A stretch of 43,910 nucleotides of DNA. Source: a virus. Lineage: Duplodnaviria; Caudoviricetes. Location: IMG/VR virus record IMGVR_UViG_3300032225_000678, positions 1 through 43,910 of that record; one strand, given 5' to 3'. This document shows positions 1 to 7,723 of this stretch, piece by piece (the first letter of the stretch is position 1; the number at the start of each line of letters is the position of its first letter). The notes below the pieces were generated by a model. The model worked only from the letters and a program-made list of their open reading frames with translations, ran no database searches and had not been told where the DNA came from. The position numbers and the translations under genes are program-made.

Positions 1-102
1 TGACTCGTAGCGCCAAATGATCCACCCTTGAAGCGCACGCAGTTCGCTCGGCGCTTCAAGGGTTCGGACGGACGGGTTGATGGACTGCACAGATGCACTC
101 AC
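1..102 (-). CDS. 5' fragment of probable primase-polymerase (runs off the left end of the window)
   Basis: Hand-translated from a GTG overlapping the cro stop (GTGA): MSASVQSINPSVRTLEAPSELRALQGWIIWRYES. The P-x-EL-x-x-L-x-x-W-x-x-WR pattern resembles the N-terminus of phage Prim-Pol proteins, and the position after a Cro-like gene fits. Confidence 0.55.
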   Translation of the reverse strand, partial: MSASVQSINPSVRTLEAPSELRALQGWIIWRYES

Positions 103-320
103 GGCACGTCGCCGGTAAGCAGTTCGGCTATCGTCATGAGCGACGGCTTGGCAAGGTCGTGGGCTGGCACACCGTATTTGATCTCGATCTCCAGTGCCCT
201 GCGCGCAGGGACATAACCTCGACGCACCCATCGGTTGGCTACCTGATGGGCGACGCCGAGTTCACGGGCAAGCGCACTTTGCGACCCAGCCATGTCTACG
301 ACCTTCTCGATACCTGTCAT
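99..320 (-). CDS. Cro/YdaS-like helix-turn-helix regulator
   Basis: 73 aa; GSQSALARELGVAHQVANRWVRRGYVP is a classic Cro-type HTH. Confidence 0.85.
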   Translation of the reverse strand: MTGIEKVVDMAGSQSALARELGVAHQVANRWVRRGYVPARRALEIEIKYGVPAHDLAKPSLMTIAELLTGDVP

Positions 321-505
321 TACGACGACTCCGTGGGCACAGACCCTACTGCACCTTGCTCATCGCGGTCAACAGGATCGGTGATCGCGATGAGTTCAGC
401 ATTGGCACGCTTGGCGATCTCGGCTGCTGCTTCGAGGTCTTGGCTTGCTAGGATCAGGCTTACAGCCTCTTGGAGCAGTTCAATTCGCCGTTGGTTCATA
501 CTCAC
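320..505 (-). CDS. hypothetical protein
   Basis: 3' part of ORF 320..781 (MSMNQRRIELLQ...); its GTG overlaps the upstream stop and its TAATG overlaps the cro start. Confidence 0.55.
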   Translation of the reverse strand: MSMNQRRIELLQEAVSLILASQDLEAAAEIAKRANAELIAITDPVDRDEQGAVGSVPTESS

Positions 506-669
506 CAAGCTCCGAACCAGATACCGATCCCGTGGATGATACCAACTGGCGGGATTACGAGGTCGAGGATCAGCATGACGACGTTGGAGGTCACGGCGCT
601 GTTGACGATGCCTGTGATGTAAGCGCCGATCACGGTGAGAGAGATGAGCAGTGAGGTGATGTCGTTCAT
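502..669 (-). CDS. small membrane protein
   Basis: MNDITSLLISLTVIGAY...; two hydrophobic segments; ATGA coupling. Confidence 0.55.
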   Translation of the reverse strand: MNDITSLLISLTVIGAYITGIVNSAVTSNVVMLILDLVIPPVGIIHGIGIWFGAW

Positions 670-1076
670 CGTGCGATCCTGTAGGCGATGATGTCGTTGG
701 GACGACCGCTTTGATGCCAATAATACTCGCCACCAAGGTCTCCGCTATAAATGTGTCCGCTTGCTCGGGTTTTGATATCAACTCTTATATCCTTACTCAC
801 CGGACACTCACCCCCATGCCACTCGATCCAGCCATCGTCCTTCACCGCTGCCAGGATTGAGAGGATGAAGCGAAGTTGGTCGTTCTCGTCGATCAGATCG
901 ACAATATCGTCGTTTAGCGTGAGGTTCTCATCAGCAAGCATATCGCACAGATCAGGGTCTCCGAGTTCAAGTTGCTCAACTCGCTCCTCTATCTCCTTGA
1001 TTGCACCGAACACGCGGGTAAAGTCGTTCTCTAATGGCATGTGTCTTGCTCCACTGGGGTAGTGTTGTTGGGTCAT
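666..1076 (-). CDS. hypothetical phage protein (coiled coil plus C-terminal GWIEWHGGECPV...IIAYRI module)
   Basis: 136 aa ORF with AAGGA RBS; the C-terminal motif recurs in phage accessory proteins. Confidence 0.7.
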   Translation of the reverse strand: MTQQHYPSGARHMPLENDFTRVFGAIKEIEERVEQLELGDPDLCDMLADENLTLNDDIVDLIDENDQLRFILSILAAVKDDGWIEWHGGECPVSKDIRVDIKTRASGHIYSGDLGGEYYWHQSGRPNDIIAYRIAR

Positions 1077-1079
1077 GGG

Positions 1080-1418
1080 TTAGTCCTTTGGGTTGAGGAT
1101 GCTATGGGCATAGTCCCAGATACATTCCTCGCATTGCTCATGGATGTAACGGTCGTGTTTGCACTGACCGTTAATCTGGTGTGAGCGCGGATAGGTGTCG
1201 TCCCAAATTGCTGTAAGACCAGCCCGCAACCGCGCCACCTCGGCCTCAAGATCGGCCAGCCGCGAGGCGGGGATGAGGGTGGCAATGGTTTGCTCGGACA
1301 GGAATATCTGCACACCCGCCGACAAATGGACCGACCGGTAGTGGGGGTCGGAATAACTTGAGCCTATCTTCGTCACCGGCAGCAGCCACTCGCTGCCGGG
1401 GGTGAGGGTGTCAGTCAT
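1080..1418 (-). CDS. hypothetical protein (C-terminal C/H cluster CKH...CEEC)
   Basis: Start MTDTLTPG coupled by TGATG to the upstream gene. Confidence 0.6.
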   Translation of the reverse strand: MTDTLTPGSEWLLPVTKIGSSYSDPHYRSVHLSAGVQIFLSEQTIATLIPASRLADLEAEVARLRAGLTAIWDDTYPRSHQINGQCKHDRYIHEQCEECIWDYAHSILNPKD

Positions 1419-1606
1419 CAATTCATCTCCACGATGGCTGCGCCCGCAACGGCTAGGGCCGCACACAGGCCCGACACGACAACCCCTTTGCCCACGATGC
1501 CTCCGTGGATAAACAACGCCGTAATCGAAAACGCGATGGCCGCCGCCACAACGAGCGCCATTCCGATAAGTCCAATCCAGAACATGACCGTTCCAACCAA
1601 CCGCAT
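1418..1606 (-). CDS. small two-TM membrane protein
   Basis: MRLVGTVMFWIGLIG...; hydrophobic; GGAGG RBS and TGATG coupling. Confidence 0.6.
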   Translation of the reverse strand: MRLVGTVMFWIGLIGMALVVAAAIAFSITALFIHGGIVGKGVVVSGLCAALAVAGAAIVEMN

Positions 1607-1974
1607 CACCCCACCTCCTTCGGCGGGGCAGGGAGGGGCATCCATGCGCTCGGCGTGCAGATGTCGAAATCCTCTACGCCTTGATCGGCTAGGCAGAAGC
1701 CCCGCCACGGCACATGTGAGGTCTTACCGAACCCTACTAGGCGGACGGACCCGTCAACCACGCCCAGAAAACACGTCCCATCCCTAGGCGCGCTGCTGAT
1801 GTCCTGCCAGTCAGGGGCGGCGCGGGTGTTCCAGTCCAGGCCAAGCCCATATTCCTTCGCCGGGCCTTCACCACCACATCGGACACACCACGCGGAGACG
1901 AACGCGTCGCCAACATCAATCTCGCCCTCGATCTCGTCGGACCCGCAAAACGGGCACGGCTTAAGCACACTCAT
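1606..1974 (-). CDS. Lar-like (restriction alleviation) Zn-ribbon fused to a DUF551-like domain
   Basis: N-terminal LKPCPFCG...CVRC...WNTRA; C-terminal WQDISSAPRDGT...WMPLPAPP. Confidence 0.7.
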   Translation of the reverse strand: MSVLKPCPFCGSDEIEGEIDVGDAFVSAWCVRCGGEGPAKEYGLGLDWNTRAAPDWQDISSAPRDGTCFLGVVDGSVRLVGFGKTSHVPWRGFCLADQGVEDFDICTPSAWMPLPAPPKEVG

Positions 1975-2317
1975 GGTCGCCCTCCACGAGGGTTAGATAG
2001 CGGTATTGTGTCGCTGTCACGGCGCTACCGGGCCATTTCACCATTGCGTAACCCTGAGCGATGGCGAGAACCTCGCCTATTAAATGCGATCTATCTCGCA
2101 CCCTATCCCCCACCTCGATCTCGCGGGGCGCAGGGTGGTGGGCGGCTATTTGGTCGGGTCCAACCCAGAATATCCGATGCTGATTATGCCTGTCCCGCAC
2201 CTCAACCTGTATGGGGTTCAGCACGGCGGAGGGCTGCGAGCAGGCATTCACCACCTCCAGCGGGACCAGCGTCACCTTGTCGCCGGGTTTGATTTTGCTG
2301 ATGTCGATCATCACCAA
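1961..2317 (-). CDS. hypothetical protein with two KOW/SH3-like repeats
   Basis: IKPGDKV... and IEVGDRV... motifs. Confidence 0.6.
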   Translation of the reverse strand: MVMIDISKIKPGDKVTLVPLEVVNACSQPSAVLNPIQVEVRDRHNQHRIFWVGPDQIAAHHPAPREIEVGDRVRDRSHLIGEVLAIAQGYAMVKWPGSAVTATQYRYLTLVEGDHECA

Positions 2318-2601
2318 GTCCTCTCATAGTTATGACGCCAGCCGTTCACTCTGTGGCTATGCTCGTGAATGCGGAGCGCCTGGAGGGCGTCACCGCGCCA
2401 TGTGTTCGGCAGATAGACCCTATCGTTCAGCGGGACGTAGCAGGCCACGATATACTGCGGGGGACGTGCTGTGACGCCTAGACGCTGGCAGACCCGATCT
2501 ACCTCGGTTGGAGCCAGATAGACCTCAACCGATGGGTCGATCTGGTAGGATTGAACGATATACTCAGGCGGTGGTTTCTCGACGGCTGCGGGCCAGATCA
2601 T
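2311..2601 (-). CDS. hypothetical protein with HExxH motif (possible metalloprotein)
   Basis: LRIHEHSH near the C-terminus; ATGA coupling. Confidence 0.55.
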   Translation of the reverse strand: MIWPAAVEKPPPEYIVQSYQIDPSVEVYLAPTEVDRVCQRLGVTARPPQYIVACYVPLNDRVYLPNTWRGDALQALRIHEHSHRVNGWRHNYERTW

Positions 2602-2756
2602 TTTGCATCTCCGTCTAGCGCCCTGCTTGCGGCGCAGTAAATCATCTCTGGGGTGATGTCCCGGTGGTTAGGAACTTCGAGCATGTGCTTGATGGCCTTG
2701 AGCGCCGATCTGAGCTTGGCGTTTTCAGCTTCGAGGTCTTCAATCGTGTCGCTCAT
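2598..2756 (-). CDS. small coiled-coil hypothetical protein
   Basis: MSDTIEDLEAENAKLRSAL...; ATGA overlaps on both sides. Confidence 0.55.
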   Translation of the reverse strand: MSDTIEDLEAENAKLRSALKAIKHMLEVPNHRDITPEMIYCAASRALDGDAK

Positions 2757-2971
2757 CGACCCATGACCCAGAATGCGATGAAGAACCAGGGGATCACCAT
2801 TGCGGCGAACAGGGCGATACCGATCCACCAGCCAGAGGGGTAGTTCGAGTGCGTCTGGCGGGGTGTGTTCATGAAGTCAGCGTTGATGTCTTCAAGCGCC
2901 GCGATGTCCGAATAGGCCAGGGTCAGAGCCTCGATCAGTTCGGCCTTGGTCATTTTGCTGTAGTCGGTCAC
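2753..2971 (-). CDS. hypothetical protein with C-terminal TM
   Basis: DYSKMTKAELIE... plus a hydrophobic tail; AAGGAG RBS. Confidence 0.6.
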   Translation of the reverse strand: MTDYSKMTKAELIEALTLAYSDIAALEDINADFMNTPRQTHSNYPSGWWIGIALFAAMVIPWFFIAFWVMGR

Positions 2972-3168
2972 TGTTCAGTCTCCTTGTCTGTGATCTCTGC
3001 GATCTTGAGAATGCGCCCGAAAGCTTCGAGCATGTCGTTGTAACTATGAGCCTCGGGCTCGTCGTAAAGGGGCTTGATCACGTTACGAAGCAGGTGGGCA
3101 AGCTGGTCACTGGTATTCAGTCCGTCATTTGGTCCACTACGAACAGGACCACTGCGAGAATTAGCCAT
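2968..3168 (-). CDS. hypothetical protein
   Basis: 66 aa ORF with AAGGAG upstream, lying downstream of the promoter near 3240. Confidence 0.55.
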   Translation of the reverse strand: MANSRSGPVRSGPNDGLNTSDQLAHLLRNVIKPLYDEPEAHSYNDMLEAFGRILKIAEITDKETEQ

Positions 3169-3212
3169 GTCATTTCAACTCCTTAGCACGGCAACTGGCC
3201 GCTCAGATGGTT

Positions 3213-3241
3213 AGGATGCACCTAATTGGGTGCAGTGTCAA
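3213..3241 (-). promoter_or_regulatory. sigma70-type promoter with an operator-like palindrome in its spacer
   Basis: TTGACA at 3241-3236; TGCACCTAA/TTGGGTGCA inverted repeat at 3217-3234 (one mismatch). Confidence 0.5.
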
Positions 3242-3247
3242 TGGGTC

Positions 3248-3610
3248 TTAAGCCTTGAAGTAAATAAGTGGAAGCGTTGCGACCATGCGCCTAGCGCCGC
3301 TGGCCTCATAGCCGATGCACACCTCACTGAGCGCCAGTAAGCCACCATGCTTGATGAGTGCCTCCTCATGGATGCGGCACCTGAGCGCCTGGTCTGATGC
3401 CTGTGTGGCCGTGCGGTCAGGGTCCCCGCTCATCGACTGCTTGATCCGCTCGACATAGCGGGTCGAGAGCTTGAGCATACGGGCTACGGCCTCAGGGTAT
3501 TGACCCTGGCGCAGTAGCTCAGTGGCCATCGCTGTTTTCGATGTGCGAGGGGTGATGTAGTCCATACGGGGTTCGCCGCGCTTGGGTCGGCTATAGGGGC
3601 TGTGGGTCAT
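3248..3610 (-). CDS. HTH-containing protein
   Basis: LLRQGQYPEAVARMLKLSTRYVERIK is HTH-like. Confidence 0.6.
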   Translation of the reverse strand: MTHSPYSRPKRGEPRMDYITPRTSKTAMATELLRQGQYPEAVARMLKLSTRYVERIKQSMSGDPDRTATQASDQALRCRIHEEALIKHGGLLALSEVCIGYEASGARRMVATLPLIYFKA

Positions 3611-3885
3611 GGGTTGGGGTCCAGAGTTTCGTAGTTCCAGGCTTGGACCAAGGTGTCAAAGCCATCTACGTATCGAAGCCAGACAAGTCCGCGTTCGCTG
3701 GCGATCACTACGGCGCTGTGCTTCGGTCCAAGATGCTTGTGGACTTTGGCAATCACCACGTCGCCGGGAGCAAACGCCTCGTAAGGGTATGGCTGCCAGT
3801 CGTAGCTGATGTTTCCAGGTATCGTTTTAAGCTCAGGACACCAAAGGTCCCATACGAAGGTTTTGATTTTGTTGATCAGGCTCAT
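3607..3885 (-). CDS. hypothetical protein
   Basis: 92 aa ORF, ATGA-coupled, GAGGA RBS. Confidence 0.6.
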   Translation of the reverse strand: MSLINKIKTFVWDLWCPELKTIPGNISYDWQPYPYEAFAPGDVVIAKVHKHLGPKHSAVVIASERGLVWLRYVDGFDTLVQAWNYETLDPNP

Positions 3886-4046
3886 TGGTTAGGGTCCTCA
3901 GCAGGCGCTTTGATCTCATAGCCGTATGCCCTGAGCATCTTGATGACTGCCCAAGCGCCAAAGCTGGCGGTCCAGTCGATGTCCATGCTGTCATCAATGG
4001 CTGTGGCGATGTCGTCCTGTAGTGTTGACCATTGGTCGGGGGTCAT
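3882..4046 (-). CDS. hypothetical protein (54 aa, below the ORF-track cutoff)
   Basis: Hand-translated MTPDQWSTLQDDIATAIDDSMDIDW...EDPNQ*; fills the gap exactly, with ATGA overlaps at both ends. Confidence 0.6.
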   Translation of the reverse strand: MTPDQWSTLQDDIATAIDDSMDIDWTASFGAWAVIKMLRAYGYEIKAPAEDPNQ

Positions 4047-4429
4047 TGGTTGATGTCCTCAAAGCCGTAGGCCATACTCCCGGCGCGAGTGTCCAGGTCC
4101 ACCTTATCAACACCTTTGACGATGCGCTCCCCGTCGATGGCGACAAGGGTCTCCCCATCAGCGATGTAATTGAACATCCAAAGGGGAACGACCCAAAGGT
4201 CCTCATCCCAACGGGCAATCCCCAGTGCCCATTTGTCGGACTCTGACATGGCGGAAAGATCAGCGATGGTGACTTTTCTGCCGAAGGGGTAATCACCCTT
4301 GTCTAGCCAAGTCTCCCGGTTCTCTCTGCGGCAGAAGTCGTCTGTCCAAGTTGTGTAAGCCGCCGTCATAGCAGCACGGTTGGCGATCCTGTTAAGAACT
4401 TTGGACAGATAGTTATAAGGACTCATCAT
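4043..4429 (-). CDS. hypothetical protein
   Basis: Start MMSPYNY preceded by GGAGG; part of ORF 4043..4468. Confidence 0.6.
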   Translation of the reverse strand: MMSPYNYLSKVLNRIANRAAMTAAYTTWTDDFCRRENRETWLDKGDYPFGRKVTIADLSAMSESDKWALGIARWDEDLWVVPLWMFNYIADGETLVAIDGERIVKGVDKVDLDTRAGSMAYGFEDINQ

Positions 4430-4430
4430 C

Positions 4431-4628
4431 TCATACCTCCTCAGTAAGGGCCTTGTAGGCCGCTGCAAGCGCCATGTGAGCGCATCGGGTGTAGGTGTGT
4501 GTATCAGTGCCCCAAGCGGCTACCTGGCGGTCTGTAGGGCCTTGTGTGGTGATCTCCAGGAGCGAGGGGATGGGTAGGTCGAATAGCTGGTGGGTGAGGG
4601 TGCCCGTGGGGAAGGGGTTGTGGGTCAT
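4431..4628 (-). CDS. hypothetical protein
   Basis: MTHNPFPTG...; TAATG coupling. Confidence 0.5.
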   Translation of the reverse strand: MTHNPFPTGTLTHQLFDLPIPSLLEITTQGPTDRQVAAWGTDTHTYTRCAHMALAAAYKALTEEV

Positions 4629-4900
4629 TACCATTCGTTCCAAACAGCCTGCGTCATGACCATACCGAATGAGCCAACGCCAAAGCCCACAAGGAAGATG
4701 ACGGGTAAGAAGTCATCAGGCGGGTTAACGGCGAAGGTGATACCGAACAGGCCACCTAGCAGGACTGCCCAAAGGACAAGAGTCTTAAGGACCTTGACGG
4801 CGGTGGACAGGTGACGGGGCGGCATGGTGGTAATTCTCATGATCTCCGCGTCAATGGCGGACAGGTTGACGTGCTGAAGAGTTGTTGAGTTAGGCCTCAT
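4628..4900 (-). CDS. membrane protein (two TM)
   Basis: MRPNSTT...; AGGA RBS; two hydrophobic helices. Confidence 0.55.
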   Translation of the reverse strand: MRPNSTTLQHVNLSAIDAEIMRITTMPPRHLSTAVKVLKTLVLWAVLLGGLFGITFAVNPPDDFLPVIFLVGFGVGSFGMVMTQAVWNEW

Positions 4901-5070
4901 TTGTCGAATAGTCCTGTAGCTGCGACGATCAGGCCACCTAGCCCAAGGGTTGTTACTGCGAAGGTGGTGATACCTAGCAGGAAGCCCCAACCCTCATGGG
5001 CGGCGATGATCGACAGTCCGACCACCAGGATCACCCCAAGCGCCATCTTTGCCATTGTGCTAGGTCGCAT
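4897..5070 (-). CDS. small membrane protein (57 aa, hand-translated)
   Basis: MRPSTMAKMALGVILVVGLSIIAAHEGWGFLLGITTFAV...; fills the gap with an ATGA overlap. Confidence 0.5.
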   Translation of the reverse strand: MRPSTMAKMALGVILVVGLSIIAAHEGWGFLLGITTFAVTTLGLGGLIVAATGLFDK

Positions 5071-5533
5071 CGTCTTCAGCCTCCAATGGGTTGTGACGTG
5101 CCCATAACCGGTCGAACTGAGCGACTATGGCGGGTAGCAGTTGCTCAAGGTCCGAGTCCTCCCACCCGTTGATAAAGTGCGGCTGGCCTGAGTTGAATAG
5201 CTCGTCGGTGGCGTCGTCCAGGCTTTCGAGGATGTGATCTGTGAACATGCGCTGGGCGTCATACTTACGCAGTGGACCTGAGGGCTTGTCAGGTTCGGGG
5301 TTGGTGGTTTGAGTTTTGGTCATTGGTCTGTAATCCTCATTGTCCAGGTTGTTAGCGTGCCAGTCGCGCTCTGCGTCGCGCTGGGCCTTGCGTTCGATTG
5401 CGTCGGCTTGCGCCCATTGCTCGTAGGTATGGGGTTTGATGATCGTGGCCCAATATGCTTTGGCGGCTTGGTCTATGCGAGCTTGGACGTATGTCCGAAG
5501 GGGTTGGTCTGGGGTGATGGGTTCGGGGGTCAT
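5060..5533 (-). CDS. hypothetical protein
   Basis: 157 aa ORF; a junction-like ccaATGACC near 5320 suggests two fused cassettes. Confidence 0.6.
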   Translation of the reverse strand: MTPEPITPDQPLRTYVQARIDQAAKAYWATIIKPHTYEQWAQADAIERKAQRDAERDWHANNLDNEDYRPMTKTQTTNPEPDKPSGPLRKYDAQRMFTDHILESLDDATDELFNSGQPHFINGWEDSDLEQLLPAIVAQFDRLWARHNPLEAEDDAT

Positions 5534-5724
5534 TGGCTGTTAGCCTTCACCTGAGCGTTAAACTTTTGGAGCCATTGAAGCGCCGTGTAGACCGTGACGA
5601 GATCAGGCTTGAACCATGTGACGATCTCGCGATCTGTCGTCTCGTATATGGGTTTGCCCGTGTCATTGCGGACGACAATCCAGGAATTGCAGTTAGGCTC
5701 TAATGGCGGAATGGTTAGGGTCAT
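5530..5724 (-). CDS. hypothetical protein
   Basis: 64 aa, ATGA-coupled, ends KANSQ. Confidence 0.6.
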   Translation of the reverse strand: MTLTIPPLEPNCNSWIVVRNDTGKPIYETTDREIVTWFKPDLVTVYTALQWLQKFNAQVKANSQ

Positions 5725-5909
5725 TGGCTGTTGGCCTTATGCGCTTCAGGCTCTGAGCCAAGGTCCCAAGGGTTATCGCCGTTCTCGGGATGGAACCACA
5801 TAGCCCCATCGCTCATGATCAGTAGCTGACCCCATAGGAGGCATTGACGGCGTTCCGAGTAGGTGCAGAGCCTATGGGTGCTGGCGATAGTGGGTTGCGT
5901 GCTGGTCAT
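5721..5909 (-). CDS. hypothetical protein
   Basis: 62 aa, AAGGA RBS, ends KANSQ; first gene after the promoter at 5977. Confidence 0.55.
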   Translation of the reverse strand: MTSTQPTIASTHRLCTYSERRQCLLWGQLLIMSDGAMWFHPENGDNPWDLGSEPEAHKANSQ

Positions 5910-5949
5910 TGGTTCGAGTCCTTGTGATTGGGCGTGTGTGCCAAGGGTC

Positions 5950-5977
5950 AGGTTATAGGGTGTTGAGGTTGTGTCAA
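5950..5977 (-). promoter_or_regulatory. sigma70-type promoter
   Basis: TTGACA-N16-TAACCT on the minus strand, the same spacing as the promoters at 8181, 8432 and 9265. Confidence 0.6.
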
Positions 5978-5983
5978 TGGGGG

Positions 5984-6241
5984 TTAGATGGCGGTTGTGA
6001 ATGACGGTGAGGCGATGTCATCGAACACCCAGACCATAGAACCGTCTGCCAGTGTCCCGCCGTGCATAACCCCATCCCATGCGAGCTTCACGCAGAGCGC
6101 CAAGGCCGCTTCCCTGTGGTTCTGTTCAAGGGTGAGTGGGTAGCTCATAGAAACTGTCACCGATCCCGCCGCGCATGTGGCCTTGAACCTGGAGCCGCGA
6201 ACGTTAGTAGGTCCGAAGTATTTGGTCTGGATCGCTTGCAT
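5984..6241 (-). CDS. conserved phage hypothetical protein
   Basis: MQAIQTKYFGPTNVRGSRFKA..., a motif I recognise from phage early regions; AGGA RBS. Confidence 0.7.
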   Translation of the reverse strand: MQAIQTKYFGPTNVRGSRFKATCAAGSVTVSMSYPLTLEQNHREAALALCVKLAWDGVMHGGTLADGSMVWVFDDIASPSFTTAI

Positions 6242-6351
6242 TGTTTTATGTCCTATTGGTTCGAGCAGGGTTGCTCACACCCTGAAAGGTCCGCCGCGCT
6301 CAGTTGGCGCTCGGACCTTTGGGCCGGTTGTCGGCTATGGTGCAACCTGGG

Positions 6352-6738
6352 TCACATGTGCAAGGCATAGAAGTTGGGTTCCCCGTGAATGTGGGACCGC
6401 CTGTCAACTTCCTTGACGTGCGCAGCCGCTTCACTGGATGACACCGGTCGAACGGTAGCGCAGTCCGATTTCATAATGATCACATGCCAAGCGGTATCAG
6501 ACTCAGAGCTTTGAATGGCTTTGAAGTGATCAGCCGCGCCGGAGTTTATGCCGTCTGCGCGAGCGAGGGTGATTAGGTGAGTCCCGCACTCACGGGGCGC
6601 CCAGAGGAAAACGTGTCCAGGTTCTGAGCGTTCGATGGTGCGGCGATCATGCTCGTTAAGGTCATTATGATACGCCTTGATGATTGGCAGAGCGATATCC
6701 TGCATCTGGACGAATGCATGAGCTTGATACGGGGTCAT
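6352..6738 (-). CDS. hypothetical protein
   Basis: 128 aa ORF with the caATGACC start typical of this arm. Confidence 0.65.
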   Translation of the reverse strand: MTPYQAHAFVQMQDIALPIIKAYHNDLNEHDRRTIERSEPGHVFLWAPRECGTHLITLARADGINSGAADHFKAIQSSESDTAWHVIIMKSDCATVRPVSSSEAAAHVKEVDRRSHIHGEPNFYALHM

Positions 6739-6848
6739 TGGGTTTTGCCTTTCGAATGATTGCGTCGCCGTGTTGGCGTGCGTTGTTTATGGGCGAAGCG
6801 TTCGAGGTTGTCAATATGTTTTTTGGGCTGAGGGTCAAAATAGGTGAC

Positions 6849-7053
6849 GTTGCTAACAAAACGGAGATTAGTCCGAATGGGGCGCGTTTTGGCTGATTTC
6901 CTGTTAGGTTGCGTTTGCAACGTGAGCATTAAGGCTTAATGCTCACGTTGTCAGCATTGCGTTGACAACGTCTGGGCAGACCTTATGGGTCGGCCTCAGA
7001 CGTTGCAAACGTTGATAACATAGCATATAGGTAAGTTGCTAACAAAACGGAGA
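6849..7053 (+). repeat. 19-bp direct repeat GTTGCTAACAAAACGGAGA
   Basis: Identical copies at 6849-6867 and 7035-7053 bracket the palindrome. Confidence 0.9.
6918..6950. repeat. 33-bp palindrome (16-bp perfect arms) in the strand-switch region
   Basis: CAACGTGAGCATTAAG-G-CTTAATGCTCACGTTG. Confidence 0.95.
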
Positions 7054-7068
7054 AGGAGATTCGTTCGT

Positions 7069-7347
7069 ATGGATAACCTGTCGAAACGCAAAGATGACGG
7101 CGTGAGGGCGTTCAAGGACGCTGGTGGTCTAGCTCGCCCCACTCGGCCAGCCGGCAAGTCTGGCATTCCAGGAATTTCGGTCAATGGGGATGGGTTTTAC
7201 GTTTCCATCTATCACAACGGGAAGCCTAACTACGTAGGGCGCTTTATGGATTTCGATAAGGCTGTTTCGGCCTTGATCGAAGGGCGTAAGGCTTTGGGCG
7301 TTGCGAACGTCTATCGTGGCATTCCCGACGGATGGGATTTGGTCTAA
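7069..7347 (+). CDS. AP2-like DNA-binding protein (paralogue 1)
   Basis: AAGGAG RBS at 7053-7058; SGIPGIS...FYVSIYHNGKPNYVGRFMDFDKAVSA matches the AP2-type beta-sheet domain pattern. Confidence 0.65.
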   Translation: MDNLSKRKDDGVRAFKDAGGLARPTRPAGKSGIPGISVNGDGFYVSIYHNGKPNYVGRFMDFDKAVSALIEGRKALGVANVYRGIPDGWDLV

Positions 7348-7655
7348 TGGCAAAAGGTGTTTATCGAACGGCTGACCCGCGCAAGCCATACGGCGCTAAG
7401 GTTACCCACAAGGGCAAGGCGCACTATGCGGGCTGGTTTGCGAACCTGGATGACGCGCTAAGGGCTGTTGAGCTTAAGCGCGTCGAATTGGGTGTTTCTA
7501 AACCCTCTCCTGATTTGCTGATAGCCCATCTTCTCAAGATGGCAGACCATGAGGCCTATGGTCGATACCTGACCGAAGCGCGGGCTAGGATCGAAGCGGC
7601 TGAGGAATTGGGCGTGAGCCCATTTGATCTACCCGAAGGCTGGGACCTAGCCTGA
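7347..7655 (+). CDS. AP2-like DNA-binding protein (paralogue 2)
   Basis: TAATG coupling; KGVY...YGAKVTHKGKAHYAGWFANLDDALRA; shares the C-terminal P[DE]GWDL with paralogue 1. Confidence 0.65.
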   Translation: MAKGVYRTADPRKPYGAKVTHKGKAHYAGWFANLDDALRAVELKRVELGVSKPSPDLLIAHLLKMADHEAYGRYLTEARARIEAAEELGVSPFDLPEGWDLA

Positions 7656-7723
7656 GATGCCTAACCCTTGTCCTTGACGCTCCTAACGGCTATTTTAGGG
7701 GCGTCAAGGACAAGGGTGATCCT

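Noticed and set aside
6735-6929. 64-aa minus-strand ORF over the repeat region
   Set aside because: It overlaps the palindrome/repeat array and has no clear RBS. It cannot be excluded, since it ends in an ATGA junction, but it is unsupported.
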